DNA of 63,484 nucleotides, counting the filler, from Squatina squatina (Eukaryota): assembly GCA_031763465.1 (NCBI GenBank). It is 4 parts of 4 records of this genome, joined end to end, with 100 filler letters (N's around TTAATTAATTAA, not from the genome) between each part and the next. Parts side by side here need not be neighbours in the genome. Positions count along the whole stretch, not along the records: positions 51,255 to 63,484 come from JARFOE010000192.1; 3 more parts are not named here. The stretch is one strand, 5' to 3'. This document shows, in pieces, positions 59,811-63,484 of this stretch. Position 1 is the first letter of the stretch; each line of letters starts with the position of its first letter. Under the pieces are notes generated by a model. That model ran no database searches. It saw only the letters and a list, made by a program, of their open reading frames with translations, and was not told the DNA's origin. The position numbers and the translations under genes are program-made.

Positions 59811-61681
59811 AATTGGCAGCAATGGAATATTTATTGTGTAATTATGGAAAGCATTTTATCCCAAGTGTGAATCATACCCTCATAACTAACTTAAGAATCA
59901 TGCGGTCTTTTTCATTGCAGAGAAGAGTTATGTATTCCAACACAGCATTTTCTCATCTCAAGATGTGATGAATTAATGCTCAGTTAGGGAAATGTTGTGC
60001 AGTTTGTTTGTTTTTATAAAACACAGTGATTTAAATGCTCGGTTGTGAAGGAGTTATTGTATCTCCTTTTGCCTCAAGTGTTTGTTCCGTTAAGGATCAC
60101 AACTGATGGCAAAGCAAGACGTCTTGATGACTCACAGACTGAGTGCAGACAAAAACATGCGACAATGGAGCCAAGAAGTTAGAGGAGCATCTGTTTCTCT
60201 GTTAGTTGTCAGCAAGAATCGGCATTAAACCATGGATAAAGATGTTATCAACATCAGCTGTTCGCATAGCTCAATTACAAAACCAGATCTGTCAGTGAGT
60301 TCTTGCCTTCAGATCAGAAGTGGACTTTAGATTATTTTTTATTTGGATTCACATAAGGAACAGTTACGTCAAGAGGGAAATGGAAGTGGGCTTTAAGTTG
60401 CTTGCGGCACAGCCAGTTTTAACATTAATCCTCATAAGCCTATGTTACATTGTAGATGACAGTTACTAAAGTCTGGAACATTACGTGACCGGTTGCTTGC
60501 GTCTGTTTACTACCTCATTCATTGCGCCCTTTGTAAAGCTCCCCTCATTGATCTTACTGCGCTTCCCTCTCCTCCTGAAACAAAGGGGCTTTTGGTGACG
60601 GTGCGAGCACTCGCTGTCGGTTGCCACAAGCAGCCCCGAGTGGCACAGCAAGGGTGTCTCCAGAACACCAGCGGATCGAGACTATTCCAATGGACAGCGC
60701 ACTCTCCATAAAGTTATACCGATGCCCATTGATAGCTGTTTTCTTTAACAGTGAGGACCCGAGACAGTCCACTTCACACAAAATAACAATGATTTAATGT
60801 CTGCCAGTAATTGGGTTGATTGTGAAAAGCCTTCACTGCCCATTGAAATGAATAGGAACTGGAGCACTTCTGAGTATCAAGAGTGCGTCATTGATGTTGT
60901 TGAGATTTCACATCTCCATACAGTGCATATTCCAGCCAGTCTCAATCACTGCCAGCATTCTCAATGCCAGTTCAGGCTTCCAATAGACTTTTTAAAGAGN
61001 NNNNNNNNNNNNNNNNNNNNNNNNNNNNNNNNNNNNNNNNNNNNNNNNNNNNNNNNNNNNNNNNNNNNNNNNNNNNNNNNNNNNNNNNNNNNNNNNNNNA
61101 CCTCCAAACCCGCACTCGCAGGGCCGGGAAGATTCCGGCCTAGACTGCAACTTTCCACTTTTGAGCAGTTGGGTGGTAAAATTGCACATAGTCTGAATAT
61201 CTTTTCCATGATATTATTCGGCAACGTTTTAAAATGCAGCTTGATCTGTGAATGGACTAGACTTGTTCCTTCCTGGCCTACAGTGGAAAATAATAAACCA
61301 CAAGACTTAAATTCAGACCATGTGCGATAGCTTTAAATTTGCAAGTCATATATAATGATTAAAAAGTTTCCTCAGCCTTTTTCTTTTTATTGCCCGACCA
61401 TGTTCTAATTGTGCGAACACTTCCTAATTAACCTCAGCTCTGTGCAATTTTGATCTCATAAAACTTGTTGTCTGGCAGCTGCTTGGCTCAGGGTACTTTC
61501 CTTTCGCTGCCTCAGAAAGACCAGCTGCTGATCTAAACACACCCAGAGGAGCTTCCCAAGGAATTTTTTTTTAAAACTTGCAGCATTCAGCAGCCGTTCT
61601 GATTCTTCTCACATGTAGACGGAGCTTCTCTCATTCCAAACCATTAATGACAGCTGCTGATGCGAGAGTGGTGGAAATCGG

Positions 61682-62056
61682 AACATAGGAACAGGAGAAG
61701 GCCATCAGCCTCTTAAGCCTGCTCCACCATTCAGTTAGAACATGACTGATCTACATCATAACTTCATCTACCCGCTTTGGTTCCACATCGCTTAATACCC
61801 TAACCTAACAAAAATCTATCAATCCCTGTTTTGAAATTTTCAATTGACCTAGCCTCAACAGCCTTTATTTTAGATGGAGGGTGGGTGGGGAGACAGAGAG
61901 TTGAACATTTGTGTGAAGAAGTGCTTCCTGACTTCACCCCTGAAAGGCCTAGCTCTAATTTTAAGATTATGTCCCCGTGTTCTGGACTCCCCACCAGAGG
62001 AAATAGAGTCTGTCAAATCCTTGAATCATCTCAAGCACCTTATTTAGGTCACCCCT
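61682..62056 (-). mobile_element. CR1 3' end (antisense)
   Basis: GAACATAGGAACAGGAG..GGCCAT...TAATACCCT..CCTAACAAAAATCTATC...TGTGTGAAGAAGTGCTTCCTGAC. Confidence 0.8.
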
Positions 62057-62679
62057 NNNNNNNNNNNNNNNNNNNNNNNNNNNNNNNNNNNNNNNNNNNN
62101 NNNNNNNNNNNNNNNNNNNNNNNNNNNNNNNNNNNNNNNNNNNNNNNNNNNNNNNNCTCCCAGCATTTTCTGTTTTTGATCCAGCTTTCCATTGTTTGCA
62201 TTGTTTTTATTGTTAACACATTTACTCTATGACTTCAGATTTATCCAATAGTCAAACTACCGCTGAGACAAGTGGCCAGCCAACTGGTCTAGACAAACTC
62301 CATGTGGCAGCCACTGTAAATGCATCCAGATGTGGTACCCCCGGCTTGCCCTTCAAGTAAACATCTGGCATGCAAAATCACTGAAAATAATAGAAAGGTG
62401 GCCTATACAGAAGGAGAATAGTACATCCGTTGAATAAAGCTGAATCACACGATCTCCATTGTTCGTTCTTTTACCATGCTTGCTATAAACCTCATGACCC
62501 GATTGCCGATACTGCTAGAACAAGCTGTGCTGCTTCAATGAAGCACCAATATTGGCTAAGAAGCAAAATAGAGAGGCTAATGCTGCATTTCACAGAATCT
62601 TACAACTCAGAAAGAGACCATTCGGCCCATCGTGCTTGTGCAATATTGAATGAGAATAGAAGCTACCTGCTTTTAATGA

Positions 62680-62965
62680 AACAGGTGCTGTTGGAAGTGC
62701 GATCTTTTGAATTGGATGTTAACTCAACGCTCTGTCTGTAAGTTTAGGTGGACGTATAAAGAGCCCATTGCAGTATTTGGACTGTGTCCTGGGTGACATT
62801 CTTCCTTTAACCTGTACTGCTAAAAATAGATTAACTGGTTACACATCTCACCTGCTGTGCCTGTGGGACCTTACTGCACACATACAGGCTGTTGCCATAA
62901 CAACAGTGACCACACGTCAAAGTAATCCTTGGGGAGGTCTTTAGGTTGTGATAAGGTGCTCATCA
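62680..62965 (+). mobile_element. SacSINE1/Deu-SINE core and 3' part
   Basis: GTGCTGTTGGAAGTGC...GATGTTAA...AGGTGGACGTATAAAGAGCCCATTGCA...TGTGGGACCTTACTG...AACAGTGAC...TCAAAGTAAT. Confidence 0.7.
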
Positions 62966-63484
62966 TCTTTTGGCGATATTTTTGTCTATTTACCCGTGCA
63001 AGGATTTTGGTGTAATTTACATTACTGCAAGTTAAATTTTGCTTACAAAAGATTAAATCCACAGAACAGCCACATTATGGAAATACAAATTAGATGTGAT
63101 TAAAGTGTTTGTCCAGAATGGTGCTGTTCCTTTACCACATCATTATGAGATAGTGAGGTTCATTCACACATTCCCCAGAGGAAATTGGGTGTAATTTGGA
63201 ATGGCTTCATTCACATGAGCGGCTAAAAAGCAGGGAAGCTCACATCTGGAGACTGATTGCAAATTTGAGTGGCTGCTTAACTGGCCAATCACCAGCCACA
63301 GAGAGTTGAGGAAAGTGTCTTTGCTTGTCTGGCCCTTGGAAGAAGCTGACATTGAAGAAATCTGGAGTGGAAGTCAGACACGGAAGGTGAGAAGTGCCTT
63401 CGTAAGTTTAGTACTGACTAGCGTCAGCGAATTGCTTAGTCGGGAAAGTGAATTTAGCTCACTAACAGGGATAGCGTACATTGC

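Overview
Vertebrate genomic DNA, very probably from a shark or other elasmobranch (SacSINE1/Deu-type SINEs, HER1-like CR1 3' tails, shark-type Penelope termini). The window is a heavily fragmented scaffold: contigs of about 1-3 kb joined mostly by fixed 100-N spacers, three of which contain an artificial TTAATTAATTAA linker, so adjacency across gaps is not reliable. Four host exons are recognisable: a DMXL1/DMXL2 (rabconnectin-3 alpha) exon at 35512 (+) that runs directly into a CR1 LINE, an IL11RA-like cytokine-receptor FNIII exon (44868-45025, +), the first coding exon of TMEM267 (47521-47911, -) and the large TM+kinase exon of TGFBR2 (54054-54856, -). The rest is mostly decayed transposons: many CR1 and L2 LINE pieces, at least three SINE families (one LF-SINE-like), PIF/Harbinger transposase relics with TIRs and TTA target sites, Penelope-like termini with decayed hammerhead motifs, and a class III/spuma-like endogenous retrovirus pro-RT fragment. 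I find no convincing new multi-gene system. The best leads are the DMXL exon/CR1 junction, the retroviral fragment, the IL11RA-TMEM267 proximity, an L2 flanked by an ~80-bp direct repeat and the LF-SINE-like copies. All family assignments come from recalled motifs, not database searches, and TE boundaries are approximate.
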